DNA of 64,000 bases from Chrysomallon squamiferum. Its lineage: Eukaryota; Animalia; Mollusca. This document shows, in pieces, positions 14,439 through 29,400 of the stretch. Position numbers and translations under genes: made by a program. Under the pieces are notes generated by a model that saw only the letters and a program-made list of their open reading frames with translations, was not told the DNA's origin and made no database searches. The stretch is from NCBI GenBank assembly GCA_012295275.1, contig CM022679.1, positions 9,052,001 through 9,116,000 of the forward strand, read 5' to 3'. Positions within the stretch are counted from its first letter, which is position 1. Every line of letters starts with the position of its first letter.

Positions 14439-17400
14439 GTTTATAGAATTTAGATAATTTAATGATATACACTCAACAGCTGATATTTGTGTATGTGTGT
14501 GTGTGCTGCGATGTTGTTAAGCCAGGTTATAAACTGTGTTTTGATGTTTTCACTTTTTGACAATAGAGTTGATTTTATGCTACGTGAGCACAACATTTCC
14601 TGTGCCATTGGTTTACACTGGGATGTTGTTAAACATTCACTGTTACATACATTTACATTTTGTTTAATGTTTTTATAAACTGTGTTCATATTTTCTCTGT
14701 TTGGCAGAGTTGATATGATGCTGGATGAATGGACTAGGTGATGTGTACTACATTTTATACTACATTTTAAACAGTTATGTGTTAAACATTCAGTGTTATA
14801 AGTTTAATATTTTCTCTGTTTGGTAGAGTTGATATGATGTTGGATGAGAGGACTAAGTATGCCACTGGTTTAGCAGATGTGTATGTATTTATGACCGAGC
14901 TGGTTCGCTCCATGAGCACTGACACTCCATTTCCATTTCTTACTGTTTCAGGTACATGTGATGAATTTATTTTTTATGTGAAACATCCCTGTTTACCATT
15001 TGTTGTTTAGTCATAAATGTGATGGTTATGATTAAAAGTGTGTGTGTCTGTTAAATACTCTAATATTTTCATAGTTTTCTCCATGTTAGGTTTCTAACAA
15101 TTTGCCCAGTACCATCCCTTTTCCTACCAAACAGTAATTAGAAATGTTAAGTGACTAATATATATATATATATATAGCATATAAAATTGAAAGTTTTGTG
15201 TTTACTTATATTTTATGTATTTCACCACATATTTTAGTAATAGCAATACAAAAAGCTGTATAATATTTCTTCTTTTTCAACCAGATAAAAAATGTTTTCA
15301 TTCCAAACAGTTTTTGTTTTGTTTTTCACTTCCTAGATTCCTGTGGTTTTGTTTTTCCAAGAACTTCTCAGCTACCAGGAAAGGTTTGTTCAGCATTATG
15401 CTGACGGTCTGGATGGGTGTGGTCTCCAGCAGGAGGCAAGGGTTCGAATTTCTTACTATGCACTGATTCGAAAACTGGCAGAGATCTTTCAGAAGTATCA
15501 CCACCACGAAGTAGAACAGTCAGTGTTTTCAGTATTTACTCATTGTTTTACTTATTTTCATTATTTACTTCTTATAGATATATATATATTTTTTTTTTTT
15601 TTCGGTATTTACTAATTATTTTATATATTTTCAGTACTGACTAATAATTTGATATACTTTTTTAGTATTCACTTATTTTATATATTTTCAGTATTTTTCA
15701 TTTTATTTTTTTTTTATTCATTATTTTATATTTTATTTTCAGTATTTTTCACTTATTATTTTATATATTTTTAGTATTTACTAATTATTTTTTATATTTT
15801 ACATACTTTTTTCAATATACATTTATTTACTAATTATTATTTATATTTTAATTATTTACTAATTATTTTATATATCTTACTGTTATTATATATTTCAAAT
15901 AATTGTAAAACATCACTAGTGTTGTATAACTGGAATAATATTGTATTTTTATTGATAATCATGATTACAATTTGATGTTTTTTGTCTTATTTCAGACAAG
16001 TAGTTACTGCATATGACTTCATACAGGCTTGTTTTCTTCATTTGCTAGACATTCAATGGCAGGTTGGTTTGTTTTTTTAATTCTTCCTCTCAAATTAGTT
16101 ATTTTTATATTTCATCTAGTGACAAAATCACTGAAAAATTAACAAACCTTTTTGATGAACAAACAATTAAAACCACATTGTAGAACTTAATATCTTGTTA
16201 TTACTTTTTCCTAATATTCATTCCATTTTATAATTTTAAATTTATTTGTTTATTTATTTATTTATTTTATTTTATTTTATTTTATTTTATTTTATTTTAT
16301 TTTATTTTATTTTATTTTATTTTATTTTTATTTTTTTTTTATTTGATTTTTTTAATTTTAATTTTTTTTTATTTTAAAATTTTATCTTTATTCTTTTCAG
16401 CCTTACGATCTTTCATTTGTAGCAGATATCAAACTGCCTGAATTATTTCTCAGTATTGCCAAAGGTAAGTTTAGTTTTATCTATATTAGCTACATTATTA
16501 TTATTATTCATGACATGTAACTTTGCTATTGTTTTAATTACAGTTTTTATAATTATCTATCTGTAATACTAGATACAACTAAAAAATTACCAGCTTAATT
16601 CTTAACCAGACTATTCCATGCACAGACAACATCAGTTTTTCTCTTTTTTTTCTATTATAGTCATCTGTACAAAAGCTGTATCAAAGGTCATGATATTTGA
16701 TTTTCTGTTACAAGAAAGAATGAATAAAAAAATCATTTTTAATGTTTCAGGACAAATATTCCATAATATGCAGCAGTTTTAAGCATTGTGATCATACAAA
16801 ACGTTTGTTTTTGAAATCTCAGTTTGTTATGACTGTCGGTAATAAATGTTGTTTTCTGTTTTCAGAGACAGTGAAGATGAGAGACTGCACTGTGAGTAAA
16901 CAGGAGGAGGAGGAGGAGCTGAAGGAGTACAATCAGTGCATGAAGTGGTTTGAGGAGTGCAGCAAGGGCTTCAGTTCCTGGTACGAGAGAAAAGAAGATG
17001 CGTCTACAGAAGAGAAGAAGGTAGAATCGTTACAAATATATCTGAATACATCTAAATATATCACAAATATATCATTACTATAGTGACAGGTGTAGATAAT
17101 CACACAGATATTTATTATGTGTGGATATTTTTTGTACAAGCAGATTTAGATTTTAAACAGTTTCATCTGTATGTTTAGAAAGCATAAAAACAATAATTGT
17201 TTATTTAGGGTTAGCATTCTTCAGTGGTGAGAGATTTTAAGACAACTGTGACAGATTCACAATTTCTGTAACAGTCAGTGAGACTGCTTGCTCTGATCAG
17301 CATGTTAGTTTTTTCACTCACTCACTCATTTATAATTATCACTGTAATCTTTACCAGGCTCTGCAGATGTTTGTTGGGAGGTTCTGTGACCTGCTTGATG

Positions 17401-20400
17401 TTGAAATCAGCTGTGACGGTTGTGGAGTGACACTTCCAGGACGACGATACCGTTGTCTGAACTGTGTGGACATGGACCTGTGCACAACATGCTACTGTGG
17501 TAATTACATAAACATGGGCAAAACATATCAATGTTATTTCTTCATGAAATTAAGTTTTTAGTCATAATGGAATTCACAGTTAAAGTGAAAACATTTTTTT
17601 ATTTTTTTGTGCAGTGAATGTGTTTTCGAAAGTTTATGCTTGTGATTTACATTCTGAAAAAAAAAAATGTGTTTGTCTTGCACGTGTGTGTGTATATTTG
17701 TATATGTGTAGTGTTGAATATTTTGGTCAGGGACCGATATAGAGAAACAAAAATGTCAAAAGGGAGTTCTTAATTTAATCATTATAAATTAAATTATAAA
17801 TAATAATTAAGTAGTTTTTGATGTACCAAATTTTTTCTTTTTTTCTTTCTTTCTTTTCTTCACCTATTTACAAATAATATGCTAAAATAGCAAAATAATC
17901 TAAGAGTAGTGTTATTTGAGATGTATTATATAAATATTATATGTGTGTGTTTGTGTGTGGATAGGTAGGTAGATAGATAGATATATTATTCTGAAATATT
18001 ATTTTATTACTGTTTTTTCCAGGAGGTGTCAAACCTGAAGGAGAACACAGAGACGACCACGACATTGTTCATCTTGTGTCAGTACCACAGTTCATGCATC
18101 TGTTTAATTAGTTTTAAAATTAACACTAGAAACTAATCAGTGTCTGTACCCAGTGACAGGTCTTTACTTGTCTGAGTGTGTGGATGGTTGAGTTAATTTT
18201 ATTTGTCTACAAATTCGGTGCAGTTAAAATATGAAGAAAAATATGAAATAAAATTAATGTACTATTTTCTAAAATTTGGTGTAACAGTAACATTAATCAG
18301 ACATTACCCTATAATCTGTATTCAAAATACATTAAGAAATAAGCAAAAAAAAATCTAAAATAAAAATTAGTATGATCCATTACCTAACAAACAAAATATT
18401 GTGAAGCAGTAACATTAACAGGACATTACCTTACAATCCGTACAGTGAAAATACATTAAAATATAAACAATGAATTGTCAGTCTGCATTGTTGAGCTGAA
18501 ATTAAAGATGTAACTAATATTTTTTTCAGATACAAATGCAATAAATGTCAGGCCTTTATAGTGGGAACACGGATTCACTGTAACGAATGTGAGGATTTTG
18601 ATCTTTGCCTCGGATGTCATTTAAAGGGAAAATTCCCTTCAGGGTAAATTGTCTTCTTCTTTCTGTTTCTTTATCATCTCCATAGTTACTAACAACACAG
18701 TTCATGCTTACTTGTCAACCTTACAGCTCTCTGCAGAAATGATCAGCACCATTAAGATAGGACAGTTTTTAGTTCTCTGCAAAACAGTTTTATTTTTATT
18801 TTTTATTTACCAAGTATTATTTGCAGTCAGTGTAAGTTCTTTTGAAGCATTTTCTTATAATCTAAATTATAATATTTAATGGCAAAATTGCTGCATGGTC
18901 ATGTTATTCTATAGCATTTTAATTTTATTTTTGTAATAATTTTATTTATTTTTTCAATTACAAATTTTAAGGTTGTACTAATAATACAAAATTTACATAT
19001 TTGGTTTTTCACAAAAATGCTGTATTTTTCGTTGAAAATATTGTATTAGTAAACATCTAATAATTATTGCCATACTAAATCATATTATAACAATATATGT
19101 CTATAAAGATATTCAAACAAATGTTGTAAGACGCAATATACATCTAAATTACTTTTAAGATACGATAAAATTCTGTTGTTATTAAAGATATGTTTTTAAT
19201 TTTCCAGGCATTTACCAACTCATGATATTACCAAAATACCAATGGTGAAATGTAAGTTACTTTTAATTTAATATTAAAATATGAACAAACTTATTTTAAC
19301 TTTCTCATTTATTACATTAAATACACAGTGTATTTCATTGTGTAAAAAATAAGACCAATGTTCTGTGCATTAATAATAATAATAAGAAGAAGAAATCAGA
19401 ATCTAAATAATATTTATATCTGTCAATATAATTATTATTTATTTAATAGTTTTTTGTTGTTTTTTGGCTGGGAGGTTGATGTTGGTTGTTTTATATCTGT
19501 TTTATGTCTGTTTTCTTCCATATTTTTTATTATTATATTTTTTTATTTTTTTATTTCTTGAAAACAAACAGCTGTCCATATTTGCATTGTTAAAAATAAC
19601 CAACTTTTCATTTTTAGCAACAAGAAGTTACAAATCACAAATTTAATTTTCTGTTCTGTCATTTTCACTCTTTAAGTTGTTGGGGTCCAACCAGGCAAAG
19701 CTGGGTACCTCATCTACTTACATACATGTATATACTATTATTATTATTAATAATATTATTATGATTATTATCATCCTCCTCATCATCATTATTATTATTA
19801 TATTGTTATTATTGTTATAACATTATTATTTTTTATTATCATCATTATTATTACTGTTTTCAGTGAAAACCTCTGAGGCCACTGACTCTCTCATCCAGGC
19901 ATACATTCACCAACATGTGTGGATGCTGTTCAGTGCACTGTCACTGTCACTGGGTGACATCATCTACCACGGTGACAACCCTGACACTATCGATTCAGAT
20001 TACCTTAAACTAGCTGCTCTTCTACAGAACCAGTGCATTACTTTGAGTACCCACTGTCTTCAGAAAGTTCCTGCTGATGCCGATGGTATTTAATAATATC
20101 TGTACATTAAAATAGTTTTAAATGTAAAGTATAGATTACTGAGTGATATAGTAAGTAGAATATACATTTGAAGTTCCTCATACTCTGTACATTAAAATAG
20201 TTTTAAATTAAAGTATAGATTACTGAGTGATATAGCAAGTAAAATATATATTTGAAGTTCCTGATACTCTGTACATTAAAATAGTTTTAAATGTAAAGTT
20301 TAGATTACTGAGTGATATAGTAAGTTGAATATATATTTAAAGTTCCTGATACTCTGTACATTAAAATAGTTTTTAACTTTGATATAAAAAATATAGATAA

Positions 20401-23400
20401 TCAAGTGGTATAGTAACTAGAATATATATTTAAAGATCGTGATAAACTGTGTTTAAAATAGTTTTAAACTTTTATATAAAATATAGATTATCAAGTGGTA
20501 TAGTAACTAGAGTATATAATTAAAGATCCTGATAATCTGTACATTAAAATAGTTTTAAACTTTGGTATAAAATATAGATTACCGAGTGATATAATCTGAA
20601 GATAAAAATCACATATAATTCAGCCATTACTAATTTAAATATCATTTTGACATAAATATTTCTTATAAATTTGTAATGGTGGGTATTTGTATACTACTAT
20701 TTTATTTAATTAAAATTTTTTAAATCTTTTGCAGATGGCAGTAAATCTTTGCTTGACAAGAAAAGTCGAACTTTGGAAAGTCGACAGGAAGAAGCCTTTG
20801 CAATTCATTCTCAGGAAAGGATTATGGGATTGCTTGGTGCAATGATTCCTATAGATAACAAGGTTATTTTGTTGTTTGTTTCTTCATATAAAATTGTATA
20901 TGTGCATGTTTTCATATTTATGTTCCTATGCATATGCATTTGTAATGCCAGAGATAAACCAAGAAAACTGCAATAATTTAACAGATCAATACAGTTAATA
21001 TGACAATGTTTTTTTTTTGTTGTGTAGGTTTTTTTTATTGTTATTATATATTTTTATCATTTGATTAATTCACTCTTTCACCAAAGATGTTTGGAAAAAG
21101 TTTTTGAAGATAATTTTAGTTATTATTGTTGATTTTTTTATTATCATTATCATCATTATTATTATTATTGCTATTGTTGTTGTTATTGTTATTGCTTTTT
21201 TTTATTTTATTTTTTATTTATTTATTTAATTTGTAAAGAGTATTTAGATTCAGTACAAAAAGTAATTAAATCTTTTACATACAGGTTTGTGTTACTGGAA
21301 TCTCATACAACTTTACCACTGAGGGTTTTCTCAAACTCCTCTTTACCATTGCCAGGTAAAATAATTGTTTTTCTTAACTGTTAATAATCATAACTTTCAA
21401 AGATTTTCTTGTAGATAATTTATAAATAATTTTTAAAAATGACAGAATTATAAAATATGAAAAGCTGCAAATATTGTAAATATTACCAAAAATGAAGAAA
21501 GTAATTATTATAATAAATAGTAAATAAATGTCAAATATTGTCAGAAAAAGTAAGTAAAAATATCAGAAATAATTTACATTTCAGAGGAGACAGTGACCAT
21601 GAACTGAACACTCAACATCTTGCCATGGGATTGCTAAGTCGACTCCTTGCCAAAAGTTCAGCAGCGGTAACAATTTTTTTATTTTTTATTTTATAATTAA
21701 ATTTCTTTACTTTTTCTCTTGTTTAAAAAACAGTTTTAAAAATGTTTGTAGTTTGCTGAAAATAATTGTTTTTATTACCAGTGATAAAAAATCTGTGAAA
21801 TACTTTTACAATTTTAATAAATTTAGGTATAGTTATATAGATAGAAATAAATATTTTACACAAAAAAAAAAAATCTCAGGTTGCAGATCCCTGTGTTAGA
21901 GAAGTTCTTCACTTGTCTTCCTCTGAAACAGAAAAAGAAGGAGAGGCTACAGTTAAATATCTCTTCTCTTTTGGAGCATCCTGTTTGGAACGGTAAATAC
22001 CAGAAATAAAGAAACATTGAAAAACAGACAGTTTAGATACATATAGACACTTTCATAGACAAACACACAAGCACATAAGTATAAATAAGCATACACCTGT
22101 ATATGTATATAGACACATAGACAAAAATTGTAGATATGCAAACACACAGACACATAGGTATAAATAAGAACACACCTATATATGTATGTAGACACTGACA
22201 TAGACAGATGTGTAGATATACAAACACACAATTTTGAGTAAATAAGTCCACACCTGTTTATGTCTATTAGAAAATATCAAAATTCACAAATATTTAAATT
22301 TTATCTTCTAATTCATAAATTCTTCAATAATAACAATAACAATAACAATAATAATAATAATAATATTAATAACAACAGCAACAAAAATGTAGACTGCTGA
22401 ATGTTTAACATTTATACAGTTCATAATTAGTACAAAGCATTTATTAATGTCTACAAACTAATTACCAGAAATTATGAATGATACCTCCATGTTTTGAAAA
22501 CAAATTGCTTTTGGAAATTTACCAAAGTTAATAATTTTAATAAATTGTTGTTGTAGAAGTGGCTTGGAATGGGCATGTTCTATGGCAAGAATTCTGGGAA
22601 CATTGTCCAGATCTGAACAGTGGAAACCAGTCGTCAGCCAGCACATTTCCAGCTGTATTCAAAGTCTACGACAGGTTAGTAAAATACTTTACAGAAAAAT
22701 CTTTCAAAGAACATTGCATCTATAATATCATATATTTTTTATATGCTTTCAGTGTAGAGTTTGGATAAAAAAATTGTCACAGGAAAAAAAAAAAAAAAAA
22801 AAATAGCTTTTACATATATAAACAGTAAACTTCTATGATGTTTCTTCTTTTTTGATTCTTTCTGTTTTAAAATTTTTTTTATTTTTGAACTGTTTTGTTA
22901 TGTTATATGTTTCTTGGATGTTAGATCTTTTTTTTTTCTTCTTTCTCAGAAGCCAGAATTGTCCTCTATTTTCGCCATGTTTGTGATGGCAGGATTTCCT
23001 GAGGTAAGCAATAGCTGCCAGTTTCAAACTAGATCAGTAGCCATCTTGAGGACATGAATTCAGAGAATGATATATGTCTACGAAATATTAAAATCAGATG
23101 GATCGTGTACAATAACTATAGTTTTTGTATATGTTATGTGACTGTCTGTGTTTTCAAAATACAACAATGAATAATAATATATTTACTTGATTAAATGATT
23201 AACGAATCACGTTTCACTAAGTGATTTAGATTATAATAAATAACTGTAGTCACATTATTAGATAAAAGAATATGTAATGTTGATTACATGCATGCATGCA
23301 AGCACACACACACAGACAGACACACATGCATGCAAGCTGACACACACAAAAACAGACACACACACGCATGCATGCATGCACACTTACATGCACACACAAA

Positions 23401-26400
23401 ACACACAAAATTCATTTTCAGTGAATGGTTTTAATATTTCTGACAGGTTTTGACAATAGGAACGCTGGTGCAGTACAGTTACAGAACACTGGAAACAAAG
23501 ACTGGCGTGGTGATGAAACATTTTCCAGACAAATACATCACCCTCGTTGTTGATGTCTGCACCAGAAAAAGACTGACTGTGAGTGTTGTTGTATTCCTGT
23601 TGTCAGCCATATTTTTATCAAAACTATAACCAAAGGAAATTATTACAGCCAAAATACAAATAAATATATAAATAAATAAATAAAAACTATAATAAAGATA
23701 ACTAACTGAGAGTGAAGAATATATCTATTCTTAATTTATAATTTAACATGTCTTTATTTTTAATATATTTAAAAATAATAAAAAAAAAAAAAAAAAATTA
23801 TATGAGCAGTTAACTGGACAAAAACCATCTGGAAAAATAATTGCTAGTTCATTTACCTGTTGAAGGTTTGTTTATAATTTGTGAATGAAACATGAAACAA
23901 ATTATTTAATAATTTTAATTTGTTTATTCAGACTTTGTTAAGAAATTTATAATACTTATTTTACTTACTGACTTTGTATTCTGTCAGCAAATTTAATACT
24001 TGTTATTTTTGCCTAATTGTGATTAGTATATGGGTTTTTTTGTTGTTTTTTTGTGAAGATTAAGGATCAGTATGTGACTTGTCTGAATGAGGCAGTTGAA
24101 GTGTGGAACACTAACCACATGACAGAGTTTACTGGCATCATCATCGACACCGTAACCAAGCTGAGAGCAGGTTTGTTATTAGTAAACCTCTGTGACCACT
24201 TCATTGTGATAATGTACATGTAGAAGTCTCCATAGATTTCGATAACCAAAATACCGAACACTAAAAATGATCTCTTACAATGATTTTGTAATTTGTGTGC
24301 AAAGAAAACACAAACGTTTGAAGTTTAAAATTTCATTTAATGATCATTAATCATTTATATCTTAAGGTTTATTTTATTAAAAAACTATAATTTTCAATTC
24401 TGCTTTGGGTGAATTGGTTAGTGTATTTCAGTTGAAATTTATTTAAAAACTGTTATGTTTCAGGTTAGGAATTTATTAAAATACTGTAATGTTAAAGGTT
24501 ATGAATTTATTAAAATGTTGTTTTTGTTTAATTCATTTGTTAAAATATCGTTATATTTGAAGAATTAATTAAAATTCTGGTATATTTCAGATGAGGAATT
24601 AACTAAAATACTGTTATATTTCAGATAACGTATTTATCAAACTATTTTATGTTATATTTCATTTGAAGAATCTGTTAAAATTGTTATATCTCAGGAAGCG
24701 TTACAAAAATATCATTATATTTCAGACGATGAATTTATCAAAATAACATTACATTTGAGGTGATGATTTTATTAAAATACTGTTACATTTGAGGAACTGA
24801 TCAAAACACTGTTGTATTTCAGGCGAGGAGGTGAGTGTGGAGAGTCTGTGGGTGTTGTCTCTGGCTCTCAAGGTGGTGAACAACTCGGTGAAGGGTGAGG
24901 AAACGAGCCTGTTCACTGAGGAGCTCTTCCAGCCTGACTTCATTCAGTGTCTTGTCTTCGTGGCTAGCAAGGCAACAGGTTTTAGTCAGCAGTGGCTTCT
25001 TAAAGATCTCGAGGTAAAATATATTTTTATAAATGTAACAAAAAATCTTGTCTGTTTTCACAGTCTGAAAAGCATGTTCAAAAAGATTAGAAAATTGGGA
25101 ATTACTTTGAAAAAGAAACTGTTTGAAATAGTAATAAAGATTTCTTTACCTGGTTCAGGTTTTGTATGTTTGGTGGGGTTTTTTTTTCGTTTTTTTTTTT
25201 ATAATATCTCGCTCATTGTTCATTGTAATTATTTTCTGTTGTATTATAGGTTTTTTGGACATATCTAAAAAAAAATAATAATAATAATAATAATAATAAT
25301 TTTTGAAATATCTCCTGTAAAAAAGATAATCAGTAAGAATTAAAAATTCACAACAAATAAATTGTTAGCCTTCAAAAATGTTTTTGTGAAATACAAACTT
25401 TATTTTTTTTATTTTTACTTTTATTGTTATTATTATTATTTTAACTTTTAGTTTAAATTTTTTTGTGTGTGTGTGTGTGTAGGTGTTGTCGCTGATGTTG
25501 TATACACATGACGGTTCCAGTAAAAAGAAAAAACTGAGCCTGGCAAAAACCGACAAAGAAATGCCTGAAGTAAGTCTAGCTGCTAAGAAACTGGTACGGC
25601 CCAATGTTTCAATTAGCAGTGACGATGATGATGATGATGACAATGATGACGATGATGATGATGACGACAATATTGAAGACAACATGAGCAGCATGTCATC
25701 GCAGACTCACAACTCGTCGATATCGTTGCCGTCTGAAGATGAAAATGAACTGGGAAATATTGACGAAAAGACCAAAAATCTGTTTTTAGTATGTGTTTTA
25801 CTTTTCTCTGTATTCAGCGTCCATTATGAGAAATATTACTAACACAGTGAGCTGCTGCTCTGTTGTAGAGTAATTTGCCTGATGAGTCCAGTATTCCAGA
25901 ATGGCAGTTGCCAAAAAAGAACAATATTACTCCAATGAGTTTTTCTAAAAGATACAGTAAAGATAATTCATTTTAATTTGTGGTATCTCCTATCTTTCCC
26001 TCACTGTGCAAATCAAAAAATATTCACAAGTTTAATGGAAAGGAAAAGGGTTATTTAACAAGAGAAAAAATTGATATATCAACGTAATGCACTATTCCTG
26101 TAATGTCAAACAGATGGTTAAACCACCAGGTTATTAAAATATTCACTTTTTTATATATTGAATTTAGAAATGTAATGTGGTTCGTTGACATGTTTTGTTT
26201 TAGATTTTGCATCAGGAGCTGAACGTGCCTTTGTCAGTCTTGCGGGCTATATTTGAAATGAATGAAGGAGACATTGAATCTATGAAGAAATCTATTATCG
26301 AAAAGTAAGTCGCACTTATTTTTAAAAACATGTCCAACTTTACTACAGTGATATTTGTATCGTTTATGTCCTGGGTGCTTATTTTATTCCATTTTAAAAC

Positions 26401-26448
26401 TTATGTATTTATTTCCATTTTATATATGTGTGTATGTATGTGTGTCTG

Positions 26449-26483
<35 letters not shown>

Positions 26484-29400
26484 GTATATGTATATGTATA
26501 TGGATATGTATATAAATTGGAAATAACTACATATTTGTCTGCTTTCAGCTTTGAAAATCCATCTGAAATCAAGAATGTTATAGATAAATGGTAAGAATAT
26601 AATAATATAAAATGAATTTTTTTATCTGTTGTGTGTGTCTGTTTATGAGAGAGAGAGAGAGAGAGATACATACATACAAACATAATAACTGGTATGTTTA
26701 AATTTTTTAGAATCAGAGTTTACTGTAGGAGATTGTATTTCGTAATTAGATAAATTTAATTTCAGGGTGGAAGGTCTTGACACAAAGGCAACAGATAAAG
26801 TGATCACTTCTGTGTCTGAGAAAGTCATCGACACAGGAATACATTACCATCCAGAGCTCAGCAGAATTAGCAGGTTTGTCTTTCAAACACTGTCACTGTG
26901 TTTTAGTTATAGGTTTGTTCATATTATTTGTTTGGTGTTTTTTTGGGGAGGTGGTTAATTTCTAAAAATCCATTCTGTGTCTGATAAAGTCATTGATACA
27001 TAAGCATCAAATTAGCAGGTTTGTCCCTCTAGCAGTGTCATTTAAGTATTTTTTTTTTTTTAATATAAAAATGAGTAATAACTGAAACAAAAAAAAATGA
27101 ATTTTAAAAAGTGTATAATTATTAATACCAAGCTGTTGTTGGTCAGTTCTGATGTGAAAACATTGAATTAATGTATGACTTTTTAATTTGATACATTTCG
27201 GTATTTATAAAAATATCTAAAATATATTTCAGAGTAACAAAAAAATAATAATAATAATAAATAAATAATATCACAGGTATAAAATCTTACATCATTGTTA
27301 ACTATTAAATATATCCAAATAAACAGGACTTTTTTTTTTTTTTTTTTTTTTAATGTTTTTAGGGATGTAAATGCATAAATAAAACATTCTAGTCGCTGTG
27401 ATTATTACTTTCAGAACGATAGACAAAGCAGTGAGTGACGTAGAGCCCGCCACAGAGAACTTCATTCAGCTGGAAGACAACATACGCGGAGAGATCAGTG
27501 AGAAGTGTCGCACTCGAAGTGCCGAGCTGCTGAAGCGAGAACTTCAGAAACACGACCAGTCGGGCTCGAGGGAGTACGTGGCCAAAGTGAACATGGCCAT
27601 GGCCATCCTGTACGGAAGACACCTTCTGACAGGACTGCTGGCCAGCTGGCCGGAGAGTGGACATCCAATCAATGCCGTTCTGTTAGGCTGCAAAGAAGTG
27701 CAGCAGATTCCCTGCGTTCTGGACCTGCTGTACAAAACCGATAGCCACGACTGTTTCGAGAAGGTAAAAATTGTTCTTTTATTAGAAATAAATGGTCTGT
27801 TACGGTTATTTTGGGGGGTTTTTGTTTGTAGTTGTTAAATATATTAATTTGAAGGGTTTTGGAAATATTGTTAATTTTTATGAATTTTATTCATGCTTTT
27901 GTGTTGCTGTTACTATTAAATTTCTGAAATGCATTATATATGAATTTTTTTTTTTACACTTCTCACTGATCTCTCCGCGTATGTTGTCTTTCTGCTTCAT
28001 TTCACATTTTTCATAAAACCTCATCTTAAAGAAGTTACCAGTTTAAATTTAACAACAGACAAACCAAAACTTAAATAAAATAAAATTTTCTGCATAAAAG
28101 ATTCCACAATACAGTTGTAGAACAATATTAAAGATTTCATTGTCGTCTTTATCTCATTGATTGAGCAGTTAAAAATGTCTCTCTATCTGCATCTATATCC
28201 ATGTCTGCCTAGCTACATAATAATATTTTAATGATTTACACACACTCCAGGTTGTTCAGAAGGTAATCAAACACTGTGATTCTGCCAGTCTCGTCCCCAT
28301 TGCCTGTACTGCTTGTCAGTTCATGGAGGAGGTTACTCTGTCTGCTGTAACCCGCGAGTCTGAACACCCTCACAAGCTAGAGTCAAAGGAAGAAAAAATA
28401 CAACTGCCTGGCGCCGCTTTCCTTACAGTGAGCTTCGACAGCAAGTAAGTTTCATTCTAGTCCTGTTTACCTTTAGTCCAAGTAGCCTCTGGTGGACATC
28501 AGCTCAGATGGATATCGCTGGTTCTGTAGCCAGATATAGGTCTATGTCAGTTTTTTTTAGGAGAATCTTTGGAAACTGTATATTCCGTTAGATCATAATT
28601 TTCGAGTTCACTGGTAACATAAAAGAAGATAAAGATATTTGTTGTACATAAGCATGGCTCAAGAAGAAGTTTGAGACCTTCGTCATAAATCACCAACTCT
28701 GAAATGTTCAGACAGGTTCGGAGATTAGTCTAAAAACAGTGTAGAATTATCATCTCTGGTAAAGAATCAGTGATATTCACCCAGATGTTTTGTCTGAGTT
28801 GTTCTCTGCAAGAAGATGTTCAGGCTTTTATTATTATTATTTATTTAATTATTTATTTTTTTATTTTAGTTATTTATTTATTTATTATATTTTGTTTTTT
28901 TTTGTTTTATTTTATTTATTTATTTATTATTATATTTTATTTATTTGTTTATTTTATTTTATTTTATTTTTGTTTATTTATTTATTATATTTTATTTATT
29001 TGTTTATTATATTTTATTTATTTATTTGTTTGCTTATTTATCTTTTATTTACATACCTATTTACCTTTTTATTTCATTTTGATGTACTTGTTTCTTTATC
29101 GATTTCACAGAAACAAAATACTAACGTATCAAATTTTAAATTTCAACCAAGAATTATTATTATGTGTTTAAGTAAGTGTCATTCTGTCGACACTGTTAAT
29201 AATGATAATTATCTTTCAGATGTGCTATTCAGGATTATCTGACAAGTCTGGAGTTTGGGACAGATGAAACTCGCAGCAAAAACACTCACTGTTTTGCAGG
29301 CAAGAGTCACTGGAACAGTTTCCAAGTCCCAGGTTAGCAAGGCTTTTTTAAATTACCACACGTATTTATATATATATATATATTTTATTTTTATAGAGAT

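Noticed and set aside
25365-25694. Poly-Ser ORF on the minus strand
   Set aside because: Antisense shadow of the poly-Asp tract in a ZZEF1 exon
28450-28820. GC-richer intronic segment, possibly a retroelement fragment
   Set aside because: No recognisable motif, terminal repeat or open frame
28770-29242. Long F/I/Y/L-rich ORFs here and at 1955-2327, 35527-36871, 55836-56132 and 60027-60296
   Set aside because: Translations of (TTTA)n, (TA)n and poly-T low-complexity DNA
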